NCBI GenBank assembly: GCA_964575425.1
Contig: CAZNRD010000005.1
Span: forward strand, 23,851-87,850
Length of the DNA: 64,000 nt
From: an uncultured Anaerolineaceae bacterium
GTDB taxonomy: Bacteria > Chloroflexota > Anaerolineae > Anaerolineales > E44-bin32
Direction: 5' to 3'
Positions 1-9,625 of the stretch are shown here, piece after piece; within the stretch, counting starts at the first letter, position 1; each line of letters begins with the position of its first letter. Below the pieces are notes generated by a model. It was not told the DNA's origin. It ran no database searches and saw only the letters and a list, made by a program, of their open reading frames with translations. A program made the position numbers and the translations under genes.

Positions 1-850
1 GAGACTTGCCCGCCACGGTCCACGCGGCCTCGAAAAAGCCAGCGTAAGCCAGACCAAGAGTGCGTAGGAACATGGTCCGGACAACCATCACTGCGATGTT
101 GCGGCTGATCCCCGTAAGCAGGAGGTAGCCCGCCACGGAAAGGTAGGTCCGTCCGTCTGCAAGAGCAGCGGACCAAGTCCAGGTCGGGACAGGTGGCAAG
201 ACTCGGGTCGAACGGACGAAACTCCAGGCGGCAACAGCCGCTGTGGCCTCAACGGCGACGAGGATCAGCAACATGGCCAGGGGGCTCCCGTGCCGCGCAG
301 CCATCATGGCGGCCGCTATGCCGACCGACGCTCCAATCGTCCGTACGAGGACTGCCCTGCCGACGGCCAGATTGGCCTTGAGCACTGCAACCAGCCAAGT
401 AGTGCCGACAGCGAGAAACACGGGGACCGACACGAGCCGCAGCGCCCAGACCAGCTCGGGGCTTTGGGACTGGAAGATGGCTTCGCTGAGACACGGAGCA
501 AGCAGCCAGAGCAGTGCGACCTCAACCAGGGTGATAGCCGCCATCAAGGCCCCGATGTTCCACACGTAGCGGGAGATCGTTCCATCGCGACGCCCAGCAC
601 TGATTCCCTGGACCAGGGCCTTGTCGCCATCCGAAGATGCAATGGCAATTCCGGTCAATTCCGTTTGGCGCAGCAGGGAGAACAGGCCCAGAGCCGCTGG
701 CCCGCCAATGACGGCAATGACCTTCGTCAGCAAGGCCATGGCCACAAGGGTGGAAGCCGAGCCAAGGCTGGCCTTTGAGAATGCCAGAATCATCTGGAGG
801 GGTGCAGGAAACATGCTCCCGCTACGAGGGCCGGACGGGTCGACGCTCAT
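1..850 (-). CDS. Wzx/PST-type (MOP superfamily) polysaccharide flippase, N-terminal ~283 codons; gene continues beyond the left edge
   Basis: Not in the ORF track because no stop lies in the window. Hand translation of the minus strand from ATG 850..848 stays open to position 1: MSVDPSGPRSGSMFPAPLQMILAFSKASLGSASTLVAMALLTKVIAVIGGPAALGLFSLLRQTELTGIAIAS...TLGLAYAGFFEAAWTVAGKS. The FSKASLGS...LLTKVIAVxxGPxxLGLFSLL opening and the continuous hydrophobic helices are typical of O-antigen/polysaccharide translocases. Alternative starts are ATG 814 and ATG 793. Confidence 0.55.
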   Translation of the reverse strand, partial: MSVDPSGPRSGSMFPAPLQMILAFSKASLGSASTLVAMALLTKVIAVIGGPAALGLFSLLRQTELTGIAIASSDGDKALVQGISAGRRDGTISRYVWNIGALMAAITLVEVALLWLLAPCLSEAIFQSQSPELVWALRLVSVPVFLAVGTTWLVAVLKANLAVGRAVLVRTIGASVGIAAAMMAARHGSPLAMLLILVAVEATAAVAAWSFVRSTRVLPPVPTWTWSAALADGRTYLSVAGYLLLTGISRNIAVMVVRTMFLRTLGLAYAGFFEAAWTVAGKS

Positions 851-1111
851 GCGGGATTGCTCATATCCTTGCAGTGGAATGACTCTACTCCGTGGTTCTT
901 CCAGAGTGAGGCGCTGGCTGTCCTGGCTCGTGTCCCGTGCATACCCGTTTGGCCTGTCGAGGAGTGTATCATGCTTCGGGAGCGTCCTCGCCAGTGGTAT
1001 CATACGCCTGGCTGCGCTGATGAACCAGGATCGCGTCATGGCAATAGAAGAGATCAGGCCTCGCAGGGGCCTCCGCCAAACGAGATTCCGGAGCGACCTG
1101 AAGTGAGAACA

Positions 1112-3088
1112 ATGACTGCCGTCTCTGGGACCGTGGCCATCCTGGGCCTGTCGTTTGCGGCCGGCATTGACGTTGGGCGAGCAGCCTGGGGAACTGGAGA
1201 CTGGATTGGCCGATTCTCCCTAAGCTGGGGGCTTGGCTTTCTGGCTTTCGCGCTTGTCGTGCTCTTGGTGAATCTGTTGGTCTTGAGCGCTATATGGTTG
1301 CCAGGCCGCCTGGGGGAAGCACTGCTGAAAACGGGCCAGGGGCTCTCTCGCCTTGAGGCGCTCCGCGTGCCCGCCACGACCGCTCTTGTCCTGCTGCCCG
1401 GCTTGCTCGTGTACTACACTCCGGTGGGCAGCCTGTTTCCGAGTCTTTGGGTGCGGGCCTTTCTTCTTGTGGCATGCATCGTGCTGGCGACTCTTCTTGG
1501 CTGTGGAACACAGTCCGAGGCGCGGTTCCCAAGATTCGCGACAGTGGCACTGGGAACCGGTGCTGCCCTTGTCCTGGCCCGTGAGTTCTCAACGGTGACC
1601 GATTACCCATTCTCTCTCAGTTGGTCTGAAGGGAATCGGCTCTGGGACTACTCCCTCATGTTCGGTCGGGATCGCTACATTGTCCGGCCGGGTGAGGAAG
1701 TGTCAGCCTACATCTCGCCCGGGCGGCAAGTTCTTTGGGGATTGGTGTTTCTGGTTCCGGGGGCATCGATCGTCCTGGTGCGCCTGTGGAATGCCTTCCT
1801 GCTAACGGCCCCGTATGCGCTCCTGGGGTGGTTGGCAGTGCGTGGAGAGAAGAGGCCCAGGGATTTCCCCTTGATGATGACCTTTATGGCCTGGAGTCTG
1901 CTCTTTCTGTCTCAGGGCCCCATCTACACACCCTTGATCTTGTGTGCAATCATCGTGGCATTGGCCGTCCGATTGCGACATGCTGGCCTTGGAGCCCTCC
2001 TGGTAGCTGCAGCCTCGTACTATGCATTCGTCTCTCGGTGGACATGGATGCTTGCACCAGGCATTTGGGGAGCCCTGCTGAGCATCTTGCGGGAGCCGCT
2101 CGTGGTGGCTGGGGGTTGGAGATGGAGAGGCTTCAGAAGGGCAGCCGCCTTCGCGCTCGCCGGGGTGGCTGGCGGTTGGGTGGTGCCAGTCACAATTGCC
2201 CAGCTGGGCCAGGGTTCAAGCTCCGCGGTGGTAGATGTGAGTGCTGCGTTGACGCGCCAGCCCCTGCTATGGTACAGGCTGCTTCCCAATCCGACTTACA
2301 GCCCAGGCATTGCCCTGGGGCTGGTCCTGGCAGCTGGCCCGGTGATGGCTGCGTGGACATGGCTGTGGCGGAGAAGGGCGTGGAAACTGGATCTATGGCA
2401 GTTGGCAGCGCTGCTGGCTGTCCTCGTCGGTTTCCTCACGGCGGGCCTTGTTGCCAGCGCAAAAATCGGAGGTGGGAGCAACCTGCACAACCTGGACATG
2501 TTCTTGACGACGGTTGTGCTTGTCGCGGCCACCATTGTGCGGCAGCCGGAAGGCAGGGCTTCGGTCGATCTTCTTCTCAAGGAGCCGACTGGGCGTCGAT
2601 TGACAACTTTGGCGCTGGTCGTGCCAATGCTCCTTGTGATCAGCGGGGGTGGGCCACTGGACCTGCCCAGCCAGGAAGTGGCACAGCAGGCGCTCGCGCT
2701 AATCCGCAAGGAGGTGAGGGAAGCTTCCCGCGCTGGCGAGGTCCTGTTCTATGATCAGCGCCAACTGCTGACCTTCGGATTCGTCCAGGATGTGCCGCTT
2801 GTCCCCGCGTACGAGAAGAAGTACATGGCCGACCAGGCGCTCGCCGGCGACCTAAGCTTCTTTGAGCCGTTCTATACGGACCTGGCGCGACACCGGTTCT
2901 CGTTGATCGTCAGCCCACCTCTGGAGACAACCTGGCAGGAGGACCATCCATTCAGCGAAGAAGACGAAGCTCAGGTGCGGTTCCTCTACCTGCCGATGGC
3001 GGAGCACTACGCACCGGTTGTCCGCCTGGACGCGGTGGGGGTCTGGTTGTTGCGGCCGCGGGGTGGTGAGGGCCAGGAAGGTCCCTGA
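1112..3088 (+). CDS. Large polytopic membrane protein, paralog family B copy 1 (putative GT-C-like glycosyltransferase or polymerase; function unknown)
   Basis: ORF 857..3088 trimmed to ATG 1112 (MTAVSGTVAILGLSF...), where the hydrophobic segments begin. There are many hydrophobic helices followed by a soluble C-terminal part. It shares the blocks DYPFSLSWSEGN, KIGGGSNLHNLD and RFSLIVSPPL...VGVWLLRPR with the next gene. Confidence 0.6.
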   Translation: MTAVSGTVAILGLSFAAGIDVGRAAWGTGDWIGRFSLSWGLGFLAFALVVLLVNLLVLSAIWLPGRLGEALLKTGQGLSRLEALRVPATTALVLLPGLLVYYTPVGSLFPSLWVRAFLLVACIVLATLLGCGTQSEARFPRFATVALGTGAALVLAREFSTVTDYPFSLSWSEGNRLWDYSLMFGRDRYIVRPGEEVSAYISPGRQVLWGLVFLVPGASIVLVRLWNAFLLTAPYALLGWLAVRGEKRPRDFPLMMTFMAWSLLFLSQGPIYTPLILCAIIVALAVRLRHAGLGALLVAAASYYAFVSRWTWMLAPGIWGALLSILREPLVVAGGWRWRGFRRAAAFALAGVAGGWVVPVTIAQLGQGSSSAVVDVSAALTRQPLLWYRLLPNPTYSPGIALGLVLAAGPVMAAWTWLWRRRAWKLDLWQLAALLAVLVGFLTAGLVASAKIGGGSNLHNLDMFLTTVVLVAATIVRQPEGRASVDLLLKEPTGRRLTTLALVVPMLLVISGGGPLDLPSQEVAQQALALIRKEVREASRAGEVLFYDQRQLLTFGFVQDVPLVPAYEKKYMADQALAGDLSFFEPFYTDLARHRFSLIVSPPLETTWQEDHPFSEEDEAQVRFLYLPMAEHYAPVVRLDAVGVWLLRPRGGEGQEGP

Positions 3089-3090
3089 GC

Positions 3091-4851
3091 ATGGACCCGG
3101 CCGGCCTGGTCGTGCGCGGGCGTCTGGTGGAAATCGCCCGAGGATCATTGGCCGGTGCGGCGTTGCTCGCGCCGGCAGCGGCGATTCTCGGCCCAACCCG
3201 CGACTTGCTTCCTGACCTGACGGCCCGTTTGATCCTGGCCCTGGTTTGCGGCTGCACCGGCGGGTTGTTGATGCCCCTGCGGCGGATTCCACCCCTTGCG
3301 AGGGTTTGCCTCGGGGTGCTGCTCGTGACTGCTGTCGTCGCCCTGGGTCAACCGCTCCAGATGTCTGTCGATTACCCCTTCTCCCTGACCTGGTCTGAGG
3401 GAAACCATCTGTGGGCCAGTTCGCTGTACTTCAAACGTGCGCAGTACGACGTTGTCGGCGATTGGGGAATTCCTCCGTATGCCACCTCCGGGCTGTATGT
3501 CTTGGAAGGCCTGCCTTTCCTGATCCCCGGCGTGGGCATCGCCTGGCTTCGTCTCTGGACGGAGGGATTGCTCGTCCTCCCACCCCTTGGCCTGGCAATC
3601 CTGGCCTTCTCTGGACGGGATCTGCGCCTGACGTTTGCTTTCCGAGCTTGCCTTGTCCTGTGGGGTTGCTTGTTTCTGCTCCAACCACGAAGCTACGCGC
3701 CGCTCGTTCTGTCTGCCATGCTTGTGGTCGCCGCAGGCGCTCGAGGCTCCTTTCGCCCCCTCGCCTGGGCAACCGGGATCTCCACGTTCTACCTGGGCCT
3801 CAGCCGGTGGTTCTGGATGGCCGGGCCGCCAGCCTGGGCAGTGACAATACTCCTGTTCCGTGAACCTGGGCTAGACCCTGGCGGTCTCTCGGGTCGATTT
3901 CTCCGCCGCGCGCTGGCGGCGATCGCCGCCGCCGGCCTTGGGTTTCTGGCTGCCGTCGCCTGGGCGGCGCTCGTCGAGCATCGTTCGCTCTTCCTCTACC
4001 TGACCACCCTGCGTCATCCGCTCCTTGGCTATCGCCTGCTGCCAAACGCGACCTCCCCCTACGGGATCCTGCCATGGGTGCTGGTCGCTGTGGCTCCACT
4101 GGCCATGATCTTTGTCTGGATCGCCGCGACCGCCAGGCGGCGCGATTTTCTGCTGAAGCTTGGGCTCGTTGGGGTCTTCCTTGTTGGGTTCCTGGCCATG
4201 GGGCTGGTGGCCAGTGTCAAAATAGGAGGGGGTGACAACCTCCACAACCTGGACTTGCTCTTCGTCCACTTGCTGCTTGTTGCGTCTCTGACCGTCCGGA
4301 GCCCAGCGGGGGACATCCTGGCTCGGCCCCGCGATTGGCCGATGGTAGTGTACCCCCTGATTGCCGCAGCAGGATTCCTCCCGATCCTCCACGTCTTGAA
4401 CGCGGTGAAGCCGATCGATCTCCCAAATGCCTGCGTTGCGGAGCAAAGCCTGCAGGTCGTTGCAGCGGAGGCGACACGGGCGGCCGGCCACGCGCCCGTC
4501 CTCTTTATCGCCCAGCGGCAGCTGCTCGCGTTCGGCCTTGTCCCCAGCGTCCCGCTGGTCATGGACCATGAGCTGGTGGACCTGATGGATCGGGCCATGG
4601 CGAATGATCAGGAGTACCTTCAGCAGTTCTACGCGGAGCTGGAGGCGGGTCGATACAGTCTCATCATCAGCGATCCCTTGCCCGTCGTTTGGCGTGGGCG
4701 TGCCTATGCCTTTGGAGAGGAGAATGATGCCTGGGTGGAGCGCGTGACGCTCCCGGTCTTGCAGTGGTATGAGCCTGTCCAGCGGCTCGATGAGGTTGGG
4801 GTCTGGCTCCTGCGGCCGCGGCAGACGGCGGCTGTCGGAGGCGCGCCGTAG
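3091..4851 (+). CDS. Large polytopic membrane protein, paralog family B copy 2
   Basis: 586-aa ORF starting 2 nt after the upstream stop. Collinear similarity to 1112..3088 in DYPFSLTWSEGNHLW, KIGGGDNLHNLD and RYSLIISDPL...VGVWLLRPR. Confidence 0.6.
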   Translation: MDPAGLVVRGRLVEIARGSLAGAALLAPAAAILGPTRDLLPDLTARLILALVCGCTGGLLMPLRRIPPLARVCLGVLLVTAVVALGQPLQMSVDYPFSLTWSEGNHLWASSLYFKRAQYDVVGDWGIPPYATSGLYVLEGLPFLIPGVGIAWLRLWTEGLLVLPPLGLAILAFSGRDLRLTFAFRACLVLWGCLFLLQPRSYAPLVLSAMLVVAAGARGSFRPLAWATGISTFYLGLSRWFWMAGPPAWAVTILLFREPGLDPGGLSGRFLRRALAAIAAAGLGFLAAVAWAALVEHRSLFLYLTTLRHPLLGYRLLPNATSPYGILPWVLVAVAPLAMIFVWIAATARRRDFLLKLGLVGVFLVGFLAMGLVASVKIGGGDNLHNLDLLFVHLLLVASLTVRSPAGDILARPRDWPMVVYPLIAAAGFLPILHVLNAVKPIDLPNACVAEQSLQVVAAEATRAAGHAPVLFIAQRQLLAFGLVPSVPLVMDHELVDLMDRAMANDQEYLQQFYAELEAGRYSLIISDPLPVVWRGRAYAFGEENDAWVERVTLPVLQWYEPVQRLDEVGVWLLRPRQTAAVGGAP

Positions 4852-5098
4852 ACACGACGGACGATCATCTGACCCCCAGTCGGGATTCAGGTGTCTGCCC
4901 GTATGCGGCCCAGCGGACGCTGGCAGGCGAGGCATTGCACCGTGGCTTCTGGGATCGCAGTCCTCCGCCCGTCCGTCTACCGAGTCTGGCGGCAGCGCCG
5001 TCGCCCCAGCCGCTGTGGGTGCTGTCCCCTTTCGGCAGCGCGCCCTGGCTGCTCAGCGCTGAGATCCGGTCCCACCTTGACCGGGGGCCGGAAGCCCC

Positions 5099-5953
5099 GT
5101 GAACTGGTCCTACGTCGGTCTGCGGCTCGTGCGCCGCCTGCTGCCCAGGGCGTTAGCACGCCAGATGCTCGACGTCGGGTTCGTGCTCAAGCCCGGCCTC
5201 GAGACCGCCGAGCCGGCGCAGGCAGTCGAGCGCTATCGGGCGGCCCTGGGGGCAGCGGGCGTGTCACTTGCCGGAAAGGCCGTCCTGGTGTTCGGCTACG
5301 GTGGCGGATTTGGGGTGGGCGTGCTGCTGTTGCTCGCCGGGGCTGCGTCGGTGACGCTCTGTGACCGGTTTGCCAGGCCGAGCCGCCGCCGCAACCGACA
5401 TTGGGTCGAAACGGCTCCGGAGTACTTTCACCCTAAGGAAGGGACGGTCTGTCCAGACCCAGATCGGCTCGAGCTGCTCCATGGGGACATACGCGAGATC
5501 GCCGGTGAGAAGGAGGCCAGGTTCGATATCGTCCTGTCCTCATCGGTCTTCGAGCACCTCGACGACGTGGACGGGGTCTGCGCAGCGTTGGCCGCTCTGA
5601 CGCGCCGCAGCGGAGTTCATCTGCACTACATTGACGTTCGGGACCACTACTTCCGCTGCCCGTTCGAGATGCTGACCTTCTCGGAATCAGTCTGGCGTCG
5701 TTTCCTGAACCCGGGGAGCAACCTGAACCGGCTGCGCCCCTGGGAGTATCGCTCGATCTTCGAACACTTGTTCGAGAGGGTGCGGCTTGAGGTTGTTCAC
5801 TCCGAATGGGAGGCATTCCGGCATGCTCGTGCCCGGATACGGCCCGAGTATCTCAGCGGGGATGAGGTCCTGGATGCGGCCGGCGTCGTCCAGGTCACGG
5901 CCTCGGGCCCTCGGAGCGAGGCGCCCTTGACCGGTCCTGTTCTGGGGTTATAA
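5099..5953 (+). CDS. Class I SAM-dependent methyltransferase
   Basis: 284-aa ORF with a GTG start (in-frame ATG alternative at 5165). Glycine-rich SAM loop VLVFGYGGGFGVG, acidic residue after beta-2 (TLCDRF), and FDIVLSSSVFEHL. Confidence 0.65.
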   Translation: MNWSYVGLRLVRRLLPRALARQMLDVGFVLKPGLETAEPAQAVERYRAALGAAGVSLAGKAVLVFGYGGGFGVGVLLLLAGAASVTLCDRFARPSRRRNRHWVETAPEYFHPKEGTVCPDPDRLELLHGDIREIAGEKEARFDIVLSSSVFEHLDDVDGVCAALAALTRRSGVHLHYIDVRDHYFRCPFEMLTFSESVWRRFLNPGSNLNRLRPWEYRSIFEHLFERVRLEVVHSEWEAFRHARARIRPEYLSGDEVLDAAGVVQVTASGPRSEAPLTGPVLGL

Positions 5954-5954
5954 T
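5927..5954 (+). promoter_or_regulatory. Sigma70-like promoter candidate for the regulator gene and downstream genes
   Basis: TTGACC (5927..5932), a 16-nt spacer, then a perfect TATAAT (5949..5954). It lies in the 3' end of the methyltransferase gene, 27 nt upstream of ATG 5981. This is the only AT-rich patch in the neighbourhood. Confidence 0.45.
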
Positions 5955-5967
5955 TCAGCCACTGAAT
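5953..5967. promoter_or_regulatory. Perfect 6-bp inverted repeat ATTCAG-CCA-CTGAAT (operator candidate)
   Basis: Read directly from the sequence. The repeat overlaps the -10 hexamer and the predicted transcription start, 14 nt upstream of the wHTH regulator start codon. Confidence 0.35.
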
Positions 5968-5980
5968 ATTAGAGGCAGGG

Positions 5981-6469
5981 ATGGGCGATCCGGGAATTGA
6001 GGCGCGGGACCTCGGTCTCCTGAATGAGATCGAACGGGACCCAGACACAACCCAGGCCACGCTGGCCACCCAGCTTGGTGTTGCCGTTGGCACCGTCAAC
6101 TGGCATCTCAAGCGGCTGATTGCCAAGGGCTACGTCAAGGTCAGGAGGGCTGAGCGCAGGAAACTGCGCTACATCCTTACGCCAGCCGGGATTGCGCTCA
6201 GGGCCAGGCTGACGGTGCAGTACGTGGATCGATCGATGGCGCTATACCGCCGGGTCCGGCAAGATGCACGGAAAGCGCTTTTGGCTGCGCGCCGTAAAGG
6301 CTACAACTCCATTCAGATCGATGGGCAGGGCGACGTTGCAGATGTCTGCCGTCTGACATGCCTGGAGCAGAGCATGCGGATCGTCGGGGATGGTCGAGAG
6401 CCGAACGTGGCGGTCATCGAAGTGCGCGGTGACACTGTCCTGCTGCGCGAGCCGGAAGGGCCTGCTTGA
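5981..6469 (+). CDS. Winged-helix (MarR-like) transcriptional regulator of the EPS-associated type
   Basis: 162 aa. LLNEIERDPDTTQATLATQLGVAVGTVNWHLKRLIAKGYVKVRRAERRKLRYILTPAGIALRARL forms an HTH plus wing and matches my recollection of the EPS-associated MarR family. SD AGAGG lies 5 nt upstream. The C-terminal ~60 aa extension is not typical. Confidence 0.65.
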   Translation: MGDPGIEARDLGLLNEIERDPDTTQATLATQLGVAVGTVNWHLKRLIAKGYVKVRRAERRKLRYILTPAGIALRARLTVQYVDRSMALYRRVRQDARKALLAARRKGYNSIQIDGQGDVADVCRLTCLEQSMRIVGDGREPNVAVIEVRGDTVLLREPEGPA

Positions 6470-8334
<1,865 letters not shown>

Positions 8335-8341
8335 TTCCTGG

Positions 8342-9625
8342 ATGGGTCCAGTGAGCGGCGTCGCCATTCGAGCGCAAGACCTGGGAAAGCGATATCGGAT
8401 CGGACAGGCAATCCGTCGATACCGTACGCTGCGCGACGCGCTGGTCGAGAATGCCGGGAGGGCCGTCCGTCGCCTGCGTGGGGCGGGGATCGATCGTGAG
8501 GGCACAATCTGGGCACTGAGGCACGCGACCTTTGAAGTGCGACAGGGCCAAGTCCTCGGCGTGATCGGCCGAAACGGGGCTGGCAAGAGCACCCTTCTCA
8601 AACTCCTCGCCCGGATCACGGAGCCTACGGAGGGGATGGCTGAAATCCACGGTCGGGTGGGCTCGCTGCTTGAGGTTGGCACCGGCTTTCACCCTGAGCT
8701 CACCGGGCGGGAGAACATCTACTTGAACGGCGCCATTCTGGGAATGCGGCGGGGGGAGATCAGCCGAAAGTTTGACGAGATCGTGTCGTTTGCTGAAGTC
8801 GAGAAGTTCGTCGACACCCCGGTGAAACGCTACTCAAGCGGCATGTACCTGAGGCTGGCCTTTGCCGTCGCAGCACACCTCGAGCCGGAAATCCTGCTCG
8901 TCGACGAAGTTCTTGCAGTCGGTGACGCCGAATTCCAGCGCAAGTGCCTGGGTAAGATGAGCGCCGTTGCCCATGAAGGCCGGACTGTGCTGTTTGTGAG
9001 CCACAACATGTCGGCCATCGCGCGCCTGACGGAAGAGACGGTCGTGCTTGACGGGGGTCAGATTGTGATGCGTGCGCCCAGCAGCCAGGCCGTGGACTTC
9101 TACATGACCTCTGGGCTGGGGAGGGAAGGGGAACGGTTGTGGCACGAGGATGAGAGGGCGGCCCTGCTGGGGCCTTTTCGCCCGCTGGCCCTTCGCGTGC
9201 GGGATGGGAAAGGCCAGGCGACGGACCAGGTCGCATCGGCACGGCCATTCGACATCGAGTTTGAGTACATGCTTGAGCAGGACCTGGTCGGTCTGCGCGT
9301 GGGACTGTACCTGATGACCGGGCGTGGGGAGCCGGTGTTCACTTCCTTTGACACGGACGATGCGACGAGATTCGAGAAGCTGCCGCAGCGCTCGGCGGGC
9401 CGCTACATCAGTCGCTGCCGCATCCCGCCAAACCTGCTGAACGAGGGCCGCTTCGTGCTGGGCGTCAACGCCAGTTCGTATCGGATGACGTCCTACTTTA
9501 CGGAAGAGCAGGCGCTGACCTTCAACGTCGATGGTACGGGCGCGCCCGGGAGCCACTGGCCGGAGCTGCGCCAGGGCCCAATCCGCCCGGCCCTGGAATG
9601 GGAAATCGAGGAGCTCGATCGATGA
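8342..9625 (+). CDS. wzt: ABC polysaccharide exporter ATPase with ~180-aa C-terminal extension (Wzt-type)
   Basis: ORF 8318..9625; ATG 8342 is preferred (alternatives TTG 8318 and ATG 8324). Walker A GVIGRNGAGKST, signature YSSGMYLRLAFAVA, Walker B ILLVDEVLAVGD. After about residue 250 comes a non-NBD domain (RPFDIEFEYMLEQDLVGLRVGLYLMTGRGEPVF...GRFVLGVNASS), beta-rich like the Wzt C-terminal glycan-binding domain. Confidence 0.8.
   Translation: MGPVSGVAIRAQDLGKRYRIGQAIRRYRTLRDALVENAGRAVRRLRGAGIDREGTIWALRHATFEVRQGQVLGVIGRNGAGKSTLLKLLARITEPTEGMAEIHGRVGSLLEVGTGFHPELTGRENIYLNGAILGMRRGEISRKFDEIVSFAEVEKFVDTPVKRYSSGMYLRLAFAVAAHLEPEILLVDEVLAVGDAEFQRKCLGKMSAVAHEGRTVLFVSHNMSAIARLTEETVVLDGGQIVMRAPSSQAVDFYMTSGLGREGERLWHEDERAALLGPFRPLALRVRDGKGQATDQVASARPFDIEFEYMLEQDLVGLRVGLYLMTGRGEPVFTSFDTDDATRFEKLPQRSAGRYISRCRIPPNLLNEGRFVLGVNASSYRMTSYFTEEQALTFNVDGTGAPGSHWPELRQGPIRPALEWEIEELDR

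Noticed and set aside
995-1003. Extended -10-like TGGTATCAT in the divergent region between the flippase gene and the first family B gene
   Set aside because: There is no acceptable -35 element, and a second TATCAT occurs nearby (967..972). The support is too weak to report as a promoter.
3871-4935. Long minus-strand ORFs (this one, and also 11979..12989, 27636..28697, 31670..32914, 33909..34934 and 46067..47491)
   Set aside because: All of them lie antisense to plus-strand genes that have clear homology or paralogy. They have skewed R/P/G/H composition and no plausible RBS or start context. This is expected by chance at this GC content.
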